From Patellaria atrata CBS 101060 (taxonomy: Eukaryota), in NCBI GenBank assembly GCA_010093705.1, contig MU006119.1, positions 11,002 through 75,001 of the forward strand: a stretch of 64,000 nucleotides of DNA, in the 5' to 3' direction. Each line of letters starts with the position of its first letter. Within the stretch, counting starts at the first letter, position 1. This document shows, in pieces, positions 1-12,674 of this stretch. Made by a program: the position numbers and the translations under genes. A model generated the notes under the pieces. The model was not told the origin of the DNA. It was given only the letters and a program-made list of their open reading frames with translations, and made no database searches.

Positions 1-94
1 CTACCTTTGTGGTTGACCACGTTAAGTGAGAAGCCAGGCGCGTTTCTAGACTTATCCAGTTCTGTCTCGATAAGTATAGACTCCCGTTGTAACA
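1..94 (+). mobile_element. 3' end of LTR-like element (copy 0), truncated by the window edge
   Basis: Nearly identical to 1196-1290; ends in ...GACTCCCGTTGTAACA like the other copies. Confidence 0.8.
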
Positions 95-600
95 TATAGT
101 TATAATAATTATATTTTAACTATCTTTATTATTAACTATTAAGTGTAGAGATTAAGTTAAGAAATAATAATATTATAGACTAAATATTTATATATAATAG
201 TTCCGTCTTATTAAGCCTCGGCTCGATTATTTTCTATTTAACTAATTAGCGCTTAGAGATCTTTTCCGCGTCTAATCTAGTAAAGATCTTTTATAAATAA
301 ACTAAACACTTAATATAGAAAATATAGAATTAATATTATAATATATCGTTATAATTAAATAGTAGAGTTATTAAGATATTAATTTTTATAATAATTAGAG
401 ATAATAAGCTAGTCGCTTATACTATTATAATTACGGTATCGTTATAATCTAGAGTTTCTAAATTAATATAACATTATCTTTTAGTTTTTATATTAGCGCT
501 ATTTTCGTTATTTTCTAAGATATAAATTTTATACTATTCCGTCCGTTTTAGTATACACCTATAGTATATAATAGCTAGATAGAACCTCTCTTTTAAGAAT
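95..600. repeat. AT-rich, RIP-like degenerate repeat relic
   Basis: Very AT-rich, TpA abundant, CpA/TpG almost absent while CpG persists; no ORF. This is the fungal RIP signature. Confidence 0.7.
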
Positions 601-672
601 CAAGCGATATATTCCATGCACCTGTAGATCCAGTTTATCTTATATCCTTCTTTCTCCCCCTCACTTGATAAC

Positions 673-1290
673 TGCATGTTCTTACAACTTGTGGGCGTAA
701 CAGCATGTAGTTAGCAAGTGGCGGAGGAAGGAAAACCAGTGACACGCAGGTCACGTGACGTAGACGCAGCGGACGCAAGAGACCAGGGATCACGAACAAC
801 GTCCACCACATCCAAGAGAGTGTGGACGTAATGGACGCAGAAGACTAGGCGTTGAGAATAGCGTCCACCACGTCCAAAGAACGTGGACGCAGTGGACGTA
901 GAAAAGTGTAAGACTGGAATAACGTCCAGTACGTCCAAAGGTCAAAAAAGGACTCGGGGAAGGAATACTTAAGGACGCTCCTTTACGCATGTATTTAGAT
1001 TCCTCGTAGTTATTCTTACCATCAATCTTACCTATAGATTTGGATGTTACGGTCTTGAACTTGACTTCTCTTGTTACGCTGTTTCCATACAGCCCGTCTT
1101 GTCTCATTGTGAGCGTCACCAAGAAGTCAAGGAGTCAGCAAGTTGTATCGTCAACTTGAAGTGCCTTTGTTATACGTATCCTATCACCTGCGGAACCTAC
1201 CCTAGTGGTTGACCACGTTAAGTGAGAAGCCAGGCGCGTTTCTAGACTTATCCTATTCTGTCTCGATAAGTATAGACTCCCGTTGTAACA
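673..1290 (+). mobile_element. Solo LTR-like element (copy 1)
   Basis: Ends TGTAACA; TATA-like TACTTAAGG at ~966; 960-1290 matches the other copies. The 5' TG at 673 is inferred from its spacing to CACGTG (~80 bp, as in copies 2 and 4) and a near-TSD ATAAC/ATAAG. Confidence 0.7.
760..937. repeat. Three ~61-bp palindromic units (paired TGGACG ... CGTCCA motifs) with variable central spacers
   Basis: Units start at 760, 822 and 883; each approximates GTGGACGYARTGGACGYAG-spacer-AACGTCCANNACGTCCAA. Confidence 0.85.
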
Positions 1291-1659
1291 ATAAGTAGTA
1301 CTTAATTTTATAGTCAACTAGTAGATAGCCCTGATTTTAGCCCCTATCAGTCCTTAATACCAGGATTCGTAGTCTGAAAAACCCTGCATGCTACCCGTAC
1401 ACCCATAGCACCTCACGTAAGCAAGTAAATTTCCTTACAGTACCCGTATTCCAGGTTCGGTTTGGACTACAAAGTTCATCAACAAGGGTAGGACTGAGCT
1501 ACTCGTAACCTCGACTCGTTGATATGCCACCATTTGTTTCTTACTCACTGATGTTATAACAAACAAGACGTTCCTTACTTTATTCCGTACTGGAGGAGCT
1601 GTGCAGTGGACTCCTCCCGCACTAACTTGTGACAGGAATTGAAAGTTCGCCCAATATCG

Positions 1660-1665
1660 ACGCGT
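1660..1665. promoter_or_regulatory. MCB-type ACGCGT site upstream of the RhoGEF gene
   Basis: Exact ACGCGT ~140 bp upstream of the ATG; a 6-mer, so chance cannot be excluded. Confidence 0.3.
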
Positions 1666-1801
1666 TGTGGTGGTGTTTACAAACCCCACAAATTTGATGG
1701 ATCTCCACCACAATCGCGACGATAGCAAACTGCGCGAGCCATATTAAAGCGGACTTGAAGTCCAGTCCAACCGGAAGAGCGTCAATCGACGTACGAACAT
1801 C

Positions 1802-4800
1802 ATGGTTGTCATTGTTCCTCCCCCTCCAGCTTTGTCATCCAAAGTATTGTCTCTGTTCCACGCCAAAGACGACCTACTCTCGAATTGCCCTGTCCTCGCA
1901 TTCTATGGACCGTCGGCCACTGCTACTGCTGCCGCCAGTAGCTCACGTATCCAAGTTCATATTTTCTCCTGTGCAGGCCTCCATTCGTACCCTCGTCTCA
2001 CCATCGCTCCCAGCTCCCCACTTTACGCCGCCGTCAATTGTTTACCACGCGAAGAACAAGGCGATGAAATTTGTCGCGGATTAGCATTTAGCCTTTATAA
2101 ATACTTTTCGGAGCTACCGGTCGTAGTACGTGAGACATGGGACAACCAATCCAATTCTATGGGCAAGCTTCCATCAGCCCTAAAACTCTTCAGCGAAGCT
2201 CATGCGGCAATGCTCGCCAGCCGTATGGCAAAGGTCGAGAATGTAGCCGAGGTCATACAGGATGTTCGATACTCTCTCGGTGAACAAAATTTATCTTGGT
2301 TAGATATTGATGTGGTCCTACCAGAGGGTACGATGAGATCATTGGACAACAGACCCCGGGACTCAACACTCTTTGAAGAGGAGGATGATATCGCAGCTCA
2401 GAGATATGGGGATTACGCTTCGATCGTAAAGCTATTTGGAGAAGAGGCTTTCCTACCAACTTCAAAACTTCGACGAGCACCATCAAAACCCACGGCTATA
2501 AATCGTTCTGTTACGTTCTCGAGGAAGCAAAAAGAGAGCCTGCGGCGAGAAATGTGTGAGCTTCTTGACACAGAGGAAAATTATGTGAGCAAGATGTACG
2601 ACCTTCTTCACAGCGTAGCCGCAGACTTCCGTCAAAAAGCAAAAATGAAGGGCTCAGCTAGCTCAAGTCCGAGCGAAGATGCCTTGAAAGGCCTCTTTCC
2701 CCCTAGCTTAGATAACATATTGGCAGTTAACGCAGAGTTCCTCGATGCTATGAGGGCCATCCTGGAAGAGACAGAAAACGATGCTATTCAAGATATAGAG
2801 AACACTAGTGAAAGGGGAGCACCTGTGAGCACAGAAGATCCCCGCCACGATGTGACTGGTTCTTTAGCTCTCGCCAAATGTATGACCAAGTTCTTTCCTT
2901 GGTTTTCTGACTGCTACACGGATTATATCCAAGCTCATGCTGGTTTCTCTCATTTCTTGAAGATTTTCATGAAAGAGACCGGATCAAGTTTCTCGAGGAG
3001 GGTTCAAGAGACTGGAGAGCAACGTCTAACGTCCATGTTGATAGAACCGGTTCAGAGGCTACCACGATACAATCTCTATATCGACAATATTACCAAACAG
3101 CTTCCCGTCCGACACCCTGCGCTCAAATCCTTCCTGAAAGCCCGAGATATAATTACAGAGATTTGCTCCCGAGATTCACCAACCTCACAGCAGTTCAAGG
3201 TGCTCGACAGATTGCAAAACCTAGTTTCCGCATGGCCGCAGCATGTTCGCCCTCAAGGTCGGCTAATCTCTGCTGCCGATGTTGTTGAACTTTCTCCACC
3301 ATTCAAACCACCACCCCAACGCAGTGATGCAGCTGCTGGTATACTACTTCTCTTTGCAGAGCAACTTATCTACCTCATAAAACCGCCTAAGAGTACCATG
3401 ACCGCTCGCGGGCTGATAGCAGAGCTAGATAATCCGAGCCTTGCTGTCTCAAGTACAAAGGAACAGAACAAATTTGACTTGATCTTTGGGCAAAGGATCG
3501 AGATTTTCGATTCCCATTTTACGGAGAGAGATGAAGGCAGGACTGTACACATTGTTCGTCATAGCAGTTCACGGAATGGTTTAAGAAACAAGACGAATGG
3601 AGGAATACATGTGTTCAGTCTAGTCGGATCATACGAAGGCAAGGCAGTTAGATTAGTTGAAGAAATAGTGAAAGCCCGTGTCGAAGCTAGATTCGCCGAA
3701 TCCGAACGCGAGGGGCATAAATGGGAGGTTAGAAATACTATGGGTGATCTGAGTTTGTTCTCGGCAATCTTTGAGGAATACACCGATCAACCTCCCGATG
3801 GTCGAGGCACTCCTGCGATGATTAGAGTCGTTGTCGACAAAGTCCACAGCCCTCCGCATGTTGCAATGGAGAAAGAGGGTGTAGAGGTCGTTGTTTCCTT
3901 GGCCGTGGTGGGAGACGGTTTCTACCGGTTGGAGGTTGAAGGGAGAGAAGACTACAGTACTCGCGACCACATTACTGCAGCTGAGTTCCTCCCCGTTTTC
4001 TGCAAGCGACGTAAGTCCTTTATTCAGGCATCTTTTCAGTTCGTTCTCAACACGATTCCATGATTACTTTCCGCAATGAATTTCTTCCAGTTCTCTATCA
4101 CACTATATTTGCATCCTTTGACTAGAGCTTCCCTTTGTACCACTTGCGATGGATACTGGATATGCATTATTCCATTTGACGCTCCTTATGCTAATACATC
4201 GCGTAGTGAGTAACGTCATGCAGATACTTCATCAGATTCGTAATCCCACCATGACGGGGATACTGCTAGTGCGTAACCAGCAGATTCTCAGTTCGCTCCA
4301 AATTCAACTCGAAGGGGAAGAGGTAGCAAATGTCGAAGATCGCGGATTCCGGCCCCATTCTCCTGTCAAGATCTTGTCCAATTTTTTCGGTGGTTCTACT
4401 TCCTCCAAGGACCCAATCAGCCCTCGAAAGCTACAAAGACCTTTGTCAACGATTGAGATACCGCGAATGGCCCCCCCTCCAGTTCCGAAATCCTATAGTC
4501 AACTATCAGACCCTTATACCAACGTTCACCTGGCGTCAAAGGGGATCGAATTGTCCACGGATAGTCTTTCCAAGCTCGAAGAAACACTAGCTTCCTACGT
4601 CCTCGCTCTACATGCTAGGAAAGGGAATGTAGTGGGCAAAGTACTCCTTGGTCGGTCTTATGCTGATGAGCTTGCGGTCAATGAGCTTTACAACTCGCTT
4701 TTGGAAAATCCATCCAATCACGAACTTGCTGCTCAAAGTCCTGTTGATGCACTCTTTTCCGCATTCGAGAAGTTCCTGAAAACTGCATGGAAAGACCAGA

Positions 4801-6590
4801 TGGGTTCAGTCATTTCCCAGTCGGCACTAGTTTCTTTTCAATCCAATTCGGCTAGCTTATACCCCGGGGAATTTGAGGAATCATTCAAAACGTTATTTGG
4901 CGAACTTCCACCTCAAAACCAGCGTGCCCTCCGAGCGATTGTTAAACTTTTAGCGGATCTTCTAGCAGGAACTAGCAGCGACTCGGATCGCGGGATTATC
5001 ACCGCAGCATTCGCAGACATTCTTGTCTACGAAGGTAATTCCCACGATTTCATCTCATTGTTAGACCGTTTCGTTGAAGATATGGAGATGTTGTTTCAAA
5101 GACCTGGCAGCAGTGGCCAAGCTACACCACATGGATCAGTCAACTCTGAAGCTCGATCGAGGTACGGCAACACAGGCTCGTTGACCTCAAACACCTCCTC
5201 TCTGCGTAAGAAGTTTGGTTTCGGTACCTTATCACGGGAAAATAGTAAGACAGAATCCGACTCCAAAGTAGGTTCAGTGTGGCGAACCTTGAGTAAGAGC
5301 CGCGGGGCGGAGAGCCAGCCAGGGAGTCTGTCTAAAGCCAGCACTCTCAATCGTACCAAATCGACAGAGGATACCCGAACGTCTCCCAAGCGGCCAGTTT
5401 CTCGCGAAAGGCCCACAGTGCTTGGAGCGTTCTCTTTCGAAGACTCGCCCAGTCATTCTGGACGTCCCTTTTTGTCTGGCCTCCTTGACACGATTGGCGA
5501 AAATTCTCCTCAACCCGGTGCACCGGCAAGGAAGAAACGACGTAGTTCGTTGTCTGATCTCAAATCACTTCCTAGTAGTCCTCCAGCGTGGTCGCCTCAG
5601 AAAGATGTTAGGAGATTAAACCGTAATTCCCCACCCACGCTGTCTCCACAAACACCACACCGCAAGCAGGATTCGCAACGCCCATCTCGCGTCACAAGTG
5701 CTTCCCCTAGAACTCCGTCTCCAGTCAAGCCAAACACAGGGGACAAAGGTAGCCAAGCTACCGCCTCGGGGTTTACGCCTCGATCTCGCATACCGTCTCC
5801 CAGCAAGGAGAACTCCCCCGCGCCCTTCCGTAAAACCACCAACACCCCGACAAGGCCCTCTAGCTCAAGGTCAGACGAAGTCACTTTCACAAGCTTCGGT
5901 AGCCCATCCAAACGCCGCACCGACTCAATTTCAGGCATCCCCACATTGAAGAGTACTACGTCCGCTCCTAGCGCCTTGTCCGAGCGGGCTACTGCTGGTA
6001 ATAGTCTCAAAGCTCCTCCCACTATCGTAGAGAAAGCTACTTCAACATCACCGCAGAAGCTGCGTATGCAGAGTCCACAGAAGCTTCGAGAACGTCTGCA
6101 AAACGAACAAAGGGCAATTGCGACAGCCGAATCTAACCTCCAAATTGAACTGACCGAAATCGGGGCAGAGATCTCAAATCTGAGTCGACATCGCAGCCAA
6201 ACTACTTCCTCACCTAGCAAAGGTGCGCCGATCGATAATCTTGAGACGCGTCTTGCTACCCTCGAAACTAAATTCTCACGCTTATCTTCTGACTTGAAAG
6301 TACGCACGCAAGTATTATCCAACGACCTAGCTTCTTCACTACAGGTTTCGGAAGCGCGAGTCAAGAAGTTGGATGGGCTCTACCGTGATGCGAATGCAGA
6401 GAACGAGGCCTTGTATTCAAGATTCAACGAGGAACTGGCAAGAGTGTTGAAGGGAGTCAGAGGAGGAGAGGGGGTTGAAGAGATGAAGAAAAAGCTCAAA
6501 GAAGCCGAGGAGGAGAGTGAGAGGTTGAGGAAAGAAAATCGTCGGTTGAAGAGGGAAAATATCGGGCTCAGGGCACAATTGAAGGAATGA
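1802..6590 (+). CDS. BUD3: Bud3/Gef2-like Rho guanine nucleotide exchange factor (DH domain, RhoGAP-like region, C-terminal coiled coil)
   Basis: DH motifs ELLDTEENYV and LIEPVQRLPRY; intron 4011-4206 (GTAAGT...CTAAT...TAG) joins the 753-aa and 813-aa ORFs; S/P-rich linker and coiled-coil tail. Confidence 0.75.
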
Positions 6591-7170
6591 ATCAATTGTA
6601 GGGGCGTTGCTTAGGTGTTTACATTACGTTACAAAGTACTGATCATGAAAGCATAGCATGTTTAGGCGCTGTGGAGCTTTTACGGTTTCTAGGTCTGCTC
6701 TTTGGTGTTCATCGGTGTCAAGATCGCTGCGGATAGAAAGGAACTGGACTTCTGGTCAATCGGGAAGATAATTTGTTGGAGGGAATGAAAAGTTCTGTCA
6801 GCTTTCCATTTTGGTGCTGAGATTGGTTTATTTATTGTATATTATGCACAGTCTGTGGATGGGTGTCATTGAATTCCAAGACGAGAAAATGTTCTCAAAA
6901 TTGATCGTTGCTCTGTGCTTAATATCGGATTCTCGTGACCTAGCCTAAACTCTTCAGCGTCGCAATATTCGATGGCTTGCATCCTTAGGAATGTTAAGCG
7001 TGAGTCGAATCGCTTTGAATGGATCCATCCAATACACTCACAGGTATTGTGATTGTATCCTGCTCATTCGAGAGGTTTCTACCTCGGAGTAGATGCATGA
7101 GACAGTATCCGCTTTGCACTCTCCGGGATTGTTGGGTAGGGTGATAGCATTGTCATACAAGGAGTGTAGA

Positions 7171-7564
7171 TTAGCCTTCGGATTCTTCTTCCAAGTCCAA
7201 AGGGACGGGATACTGGGTCCTCAGCGCTTTGATGACATTCTAGCGACGCGACAGGTGCAGTCAGTACTATTCAAACGGCACACCAAGCTTGCAGCGAAAC
7301 GGTGGAAGAGCGACTCACAGCCAAAGCTTCTGGATTGACGCCATTTTCGATCAGTGAGACGCAGAGAGAGAGTTGATGTCTAGTAAGGTGCGTATTCTGG
7401 GTTCGAGACGTTAGCTGAGACTGCAAAGACATCTGTGGGCACGCGTTCGCGGGGTGGGACTGAGGGAGAGAGGGACGTGCCAACAGTGCCGATATTTCTT
7501 CAAGTATATTGATGACTTCGCGCGCAGCTTGACGCTTTACTTCGACCTCTTGAGGTGGAGTCAT
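7171..7564 (-). CDS. MZT1: Mitotic-spindle organizing protein 1 (MOZART1), 3 exons
   Basis: Spliced product ...[49 protein letters not shown]..., the MOZART1 signature. Confidence 0.92.
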
Positions 7565-8079
7565 TTTTGAATTTGGTAGTGGGGCGAGTTTTGTGCAAAT
7601 ATGTTTGGAGGCTACAAAGATTATGAGATTGAGAGCAGCGTGAGGTCGTTCCCACTCTCTGTTTGACGTGTTTGCATCCTTGATTTACCCAAATGTTCCC
7701 TGCTCTGAACTTCCTCCAGACTCCAGTGATGGATAAAGTACTCCAAGTCTCAATTGCACTCCACATTTAGTTCAACTCAGATTCATTCCCGAATCCCCCA
7801 GGAATGGTGCCATAGACAGGAAAATTAGCCTTGATTACATCCTCATGGTGGTTCTGGTCATATGAACCTGTCACTCTACATGTCTAAATACGCTCCACGA
7901 TACCTTAGTATATACTTTGTTTTCTTTCTCTCGTCGCCAATCTCCGTTTATCGCGGAACTATGTCGAAAACATCTTTTGATTCTTAACGTACAGTAGAAC
8001 TACTATGTACAGTACTTGTACTGTACAGTACACCTAAGGGAAAAAGCCTTATCTTGAGTTCTTAAATTTCCGTCAAAGT

Positions 8080-8505
8080 TCATCTCTTCCTATCGTCACC
8101 GCCGTCTTCCAAATTCGGTCCTTCTCCCGTAACAAGTCTCTCGAAATCGCTTCCCTTCTGCTTGTGGTGCTTCCCGTACCTCGGGTCTCCTTTCGATGCA
8201 TTGTCGTGACCCTGGCCTCCCAACTGTTTACCTTCCACGCTCGCTGGCAATTGATCCCCAGTTCCAGTAATGACTTCACCTGGCAGACCAGTATCACGAT
8301 ATGAACGTGGAATATCGGTTGGATTATCAGCCGCCAGTGCTAATGAAGCTTGACCGATACCCCCGACCGCTATGGCAGATGATTGGTCAGGGCGAGCGAC
8401 ACTAGGTATAGTATTATGGACGCCAGCGTCATTGGGGATGTTGGTCCTTTTTGCAGCCATCGAGGAGAGGTCTCCGCCAGTATGAGGGTCTTCTGAAGAT
8501 AACAT
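8080..8505 (-). CDS. Small hydrophilic hypothetical protein (141 aa)
   Basis: Intact ATG-to-stop ORF with Gly/Asp-rich, protein-like composition; TATA-like sequence near 8655. Confidence 0.6.
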   Translation of the reverse strand: MLSSEDPHTGGDLSSMAAKRTNIPNDAGVHNTIPSVARPDQSSAIAVGGIGQASLALAADNPTDIPRSYRDTGLPGEVITGTGDQLPASVEGKQLGGQGHDNASKGDPRYGKHHKQKGSDFERLVTGEGPNLEDGGDDRKR

Positions 8506-9169
8506 GGTAACGATTGCCGTAGATGTGGTATGTTATGCGTCTTTGTCAGCAATTGTAACTTGAGTGGAATTTGGGTTTGATTTGGAGTAGTTTTTGATGG
8601 TTTTGTATTCAGTCAAAAGGGTCCACGAAGAAAAGATGAATGGGGGTACGGCATATAAATTTCCCAAACTATCTATGGCGTCACAATTTCACCATTCTAC
8701 CTTCATTCAGTTTCATCCAAATTAAGAAAAGATTTCCATTGCCATGTAGTCATAGTATAGTAACTAACACCCAACTTGATCCATCATCAGATACGTTACG
8801 GTAATTCTGGCTGAAAACGGTCACGACGGTAAAATAATCGATGTAGGTAGGTGTTCGGGGTGGGTGGGGTAAAGTAACAATGACGCAATCTACAGAGCTA
8901 CTTGCTTTAAGGTACCTTGTGAGTATTATTATCCGTTTTTCATTATTAGTAACGGTCAATAATGACAAATATTAGTATGCTGACCTGACAGTGTTGACAC
9001 AATACGCAGGAGGGAATAGTATAAGGTAAGAGGTCGATCTCCTTCTTAGACGCCCACAGTTGCACTTGTTTCTTCCTTTTCAGCGTTTATTCCTGTCCCA
9101 CTACTTGATATAGACTACATCACCATCTGTCAGATATTTTCGCTGCTCCTCGTTTTGTGTCTTCACCTA

Positions 9170-10105
9170 TGATCATGTCTACCCCTCACATACTTCTTAT
9201 CGGCGGCCACGGTAAAGTAGCTCAACTTTTAACTCCTCTTCTACTGAAGCGTTCGTGGGTGGTCACGTCTTTGATCAGGGACCCGGCCCAAAAGCCTACC
9301 ATCCTGAAACTTGCAGAAGGTCAGCCTGGTAAACTGGCCGTTCAGATTGAGAGCCTAGAAGAGCTGAAGGGCAGTTCTGATGCTCAAAAGGTTGTCGATG
9401 AAGTGAAGCCGGACTGGATCGTGTGGAGCGCAGGTGAGATATATCTATTATTCAATTTTTTTTACAATACGATCTGTGCTATTTGCCATAAAATACCTTT
9501 ACGGGAGCCGAGATATTGACCGGGTGTGTATTAAATCAGGCGCCGGCGGTAAGGGTGGACCATCCCGGACGTTCAAAATTGACCGGGACGCTGCCAAATA
9601 TTTCATCCATGCCGCATACTCGACCCCTTCGGTGACCAAGTTTCTAATGATTTCATATAACTCGTCTCGACGTCAAAAACCTAGCTGGTGGAGTGAGGAT
9701 GAATGGGCTGTAGCTATGGACACCAACAATGGCGCTTTGTCTAGCTATTTTCAATCCAAAGTAACGGCTGATTATTATTTATCTGCCCTAGAGGCCAAAG
9801 CAAAGGAACAAGGAACGCCCTTCGACGCTATCAACCTACGTCCAGGCCATTTGACTGATGAAGGAGTTGAGAAGGTCCAATTGGGGAAAGGGAGGGCCAA
9901 AGGAGAGGTCGGTAGGGCCACTGTCGCCGAAGTGGCCGCGAATCTTTTGGAAATGGAGGGTGCAAGAGGATGGATAGATCTTCTGAGCGGAGAGGAAAGC
10001 ATTGGAGATGCAGTGAAGAGGGTTGTAACAGAAAAAGTTGATTGTATTGACGGTGAAGACTGGAATGAAATCAAGAAAGTTGCAGATCAAAGAATAGTAA
10101 CTTAA
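9170..10105 (+). CDS. NAD(P)-binding Rossmann-fold protein (YMR090W/NAD_binding_10-like)
   Basis: ILLIGGHGKVA nucleotide-binding motif, WSAG-AGGKGG, LRPGHLTDE; intron ~9434-9538. Confidence 0.85.
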
Positions 10106-10612
10106 TGGAAGAATAGTGGTAAAGACTTGAACCTCTCTAGGCCCGTACAACACGCGCTTTTCAGGGAAATTATTACCACGTCTCGTGAATTGAATACGCT
10201 CATTTCAAGTGATCTTGTCCTCATTGCATTATCTCCAGTCGTTCGTCTATTTCTTATCTATAAGGGACCCGGCGGACGGCGTCTCTCTTACAAAAACATA
10301 AATAGTAATCGGTGTAAAGCTCAACAGTGACTAGCTGAATAGAAGTCGTTCTACCCGCTGATTTTCTCTTTGTCAGAGGTGATCCTTCGCCTATGAATAA
10401 CTACTTTCCCGCAAAACAGTATACAGCCAAGTACAGCTGCTTACAGGGTCCTGCTATTTCATGTCTTAAATTAGTGGCTTTGGACGACAACTGAAAACTG
10501 AGTTAGGAATGCTATGGGAAGAGAAGAGAAACTTCACTGACTAGCATGTTACTGAGCATGTATTCATTGCAACGAACTGGGGTTCGTAATTGTTGGATAT
10601 GATAACACCAGA

Positions 10613-12362
10613 TCACGTCTGTCTGTTCTTCTTGCCGAAGAAGCTCATTATGTTACCCTGTCCTACTTTCCGTACCTCCCTTTTGCCTGTCCCTGTTGTG
10701 GGAGCAGGCAGCATGACTTTTTTTGGTTGTACGTCCTCTTCTGAGAACGACTCCCAGACTGCTTCTTCTCTAGTAACTAGATATCATGAGTTAGTGATCA
10801 TGTTAAATGATAGAGGGTGTTGTGTATTACCCAGATAGCCTTCCTCATCCTGGACCTTTTTCTTCTTCATTACACGCCGTCTTCCCCGCCGTCGACCACC
10901 TGATACAGTGGCTGTTTCTGTCTTCTCAGTTTGCTGGGGAGAGGTGGTCTTATCGATGGCGCCGGTGTCGCTCTCCTCTCCAACACCCTCTTGAGATCCA
11001 ATCTCGGTGTTATTTTGCGGATCTGCTATATCAGACATAGGCTCATCCTCATCATTCCACATTCCGTGACGAAGATGTTCTTCTCTCTCGGCCTTAACTT
11101 TCCTGCTTGCTTCTTCCTCGGCAGCACTCTTCCGGACGAGCGCAAAATCCTCTTCTTGCTCCTCTTCGGACGCATCCTTCATCGGCTCTGTATTGTGTAA
11201 GCTATAGAATGACATGAATCCACTCGATACACATACCATCTTCTGGTGTTGGAGTTGCTTCCGTGGGGCTTCTATTGAGCTTCTTCGTCCCCTTCGGTTT
11301 AGCCTTTGCAAAAGATTGGAAAATATCGGACCTATTTCGTTTTAGAGAGGGTAGTGGAGCGTTCTTTGGTCTCGGCTCCGTTTTGGATTCTTCCCCACTC
11401 ATGGTAGACGTTTTGAGTGCACCTTCTTGTGATGCTGAACTTTTGAGAGTTGGTTTTAGGGGTTCGATTGACCAGAATTTCGAATTTGTGGTGGATTTGG
11501 CAGTAGACTTCGGTAAAGATTGTAGAGCCGAGATACTAGACGATGGAGGGGCCATACGGGGTGTCCGTCGCTGTAAGTTCATTAGTACCACCCCAGCCAC
11601 TGGATCTGACCACAAACGTTGATATTCGGATTATGTATCGTGCCGTACTGTTTCCAGCTTTTCGACGGATCTTCATTCATGTACTCGACATGAATGCGTC
11701 GAGTACAATCTGTCAGAGTTTGTAGATCCTAAAATATCCTTAAGACGATGACTAGAGTAATGCTCAGAGTTGGTCATACTTGAACATGCTTTGGTTGCAG
11801 ACTATAGATGTGTATGGAGACGATCTCCTCAAATTGAGCCTTTACCTCTAGCTGAATCAGTATGCAGGACCGATGCTTGATAATCATATGGTATTACCAA
11901 CCATCGAGATCATCTTCCCTTGCTAACACGACAGATGTAATCGGCATAATGTCTTCGGCGGTGTCCTGACCCGCAATTGAGCTTTGGAATGGGCTGCTCT
12001 GTGGGATTCCACTTTCTCCTTCGTGCCCAATTATACGATTTGATTGGAATATGTCTCTCTGGTGGCGGGTACCGGTTATCAGATAAGTAGCACTGATTGA
12101 ATTGGAACTTTTTGCGTTCTGTTCGTGGTAGAAGTCGAAGAGAAGTCTAGTCCGATGAGCGAATGCTTCAGTGTAACATGATGTATAGCTCACTGCTTCG
12201 CAAGATTGACGTGGACTTTTAAAGCCCTACTCAGGATACGATATGAAACCTATCGGAAGTTTAGTCTGTGGCCAGATTATGTACAGTACAAGCTCGAACA
12301 CTGACAGTGCCATTCTCGTTGAGCACGTTGATTGCAAGGTATTCCCTTGCTTTGTCTGCCAT
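10613..12362 (-). CDS. POL32: DNA polymerase delta subunit 3 (Pol32/Cdc27), multi-exon
   Basis: N-terminal VSYRILSRALKVHVNLAK winged-helix, DEEGYLVT motif, C-terminal PIP box QGNIMSFF; several GT-AG introns. Confidence 0.9.
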
Positions 12363-12490
12363 CTTGTATCGTTTCACCAGTAGTAGAGCTAGGGATTTAA
12401 AAAATAGCTGTACAAAAGTGCTCAGAGAAGTCGGATGAAAAAAAAGATTGAGCAGAAAACCGCGTCTAGCACGTACCGGTCAGTAGGGAG

Positions 12491-12496
12491 ACGCGT
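12491..12496. promoter_or_regulatory. MCB ACGCGT site in the POL32/TBCD divergent promoter
   Basis: Exact ACGCGT plus nearby CGCG cores (~12461, ~12643), upstream of a replication gene. Confidence 0.45.
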
Positions 12497-12674
12497 TTGA
12501 GTTCTAATCGTCGCAGAATCTAATCTAATCTCTTGGCAGACCAAATCAATTCACCTTTAGGTTACCTACAAAGGTACCACAGTATTGTACGATTCCCTCC
12601 AGTTTACCCCCATCTAACAGAAAACGTCCCGTCACCGTACTTCGCGCCAAATTAGGGAGATCGTTGACGAGGAG

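Noticed and set aside
760..937. CRISPR array
   Set aside because: Eukaryotic context, only three degenerate units, short and partly related spacers, no cas genes; reported as an LTR-internal array instead
1..1290. Copies 0 and 1 as the two LTRs of one TRIM-like element
   Set aside because: No recognisable PBS or polypurine tract, the interior is RIP-like while the LTRs are not, and copy 1 has its own near-TSD
5597..6364. Long antisense ORFs (also 16586-17212, 36469-37053, 61123-61761)
   Set aside because: Shadows of coding genes on the opposite strand, with no recognisable domains
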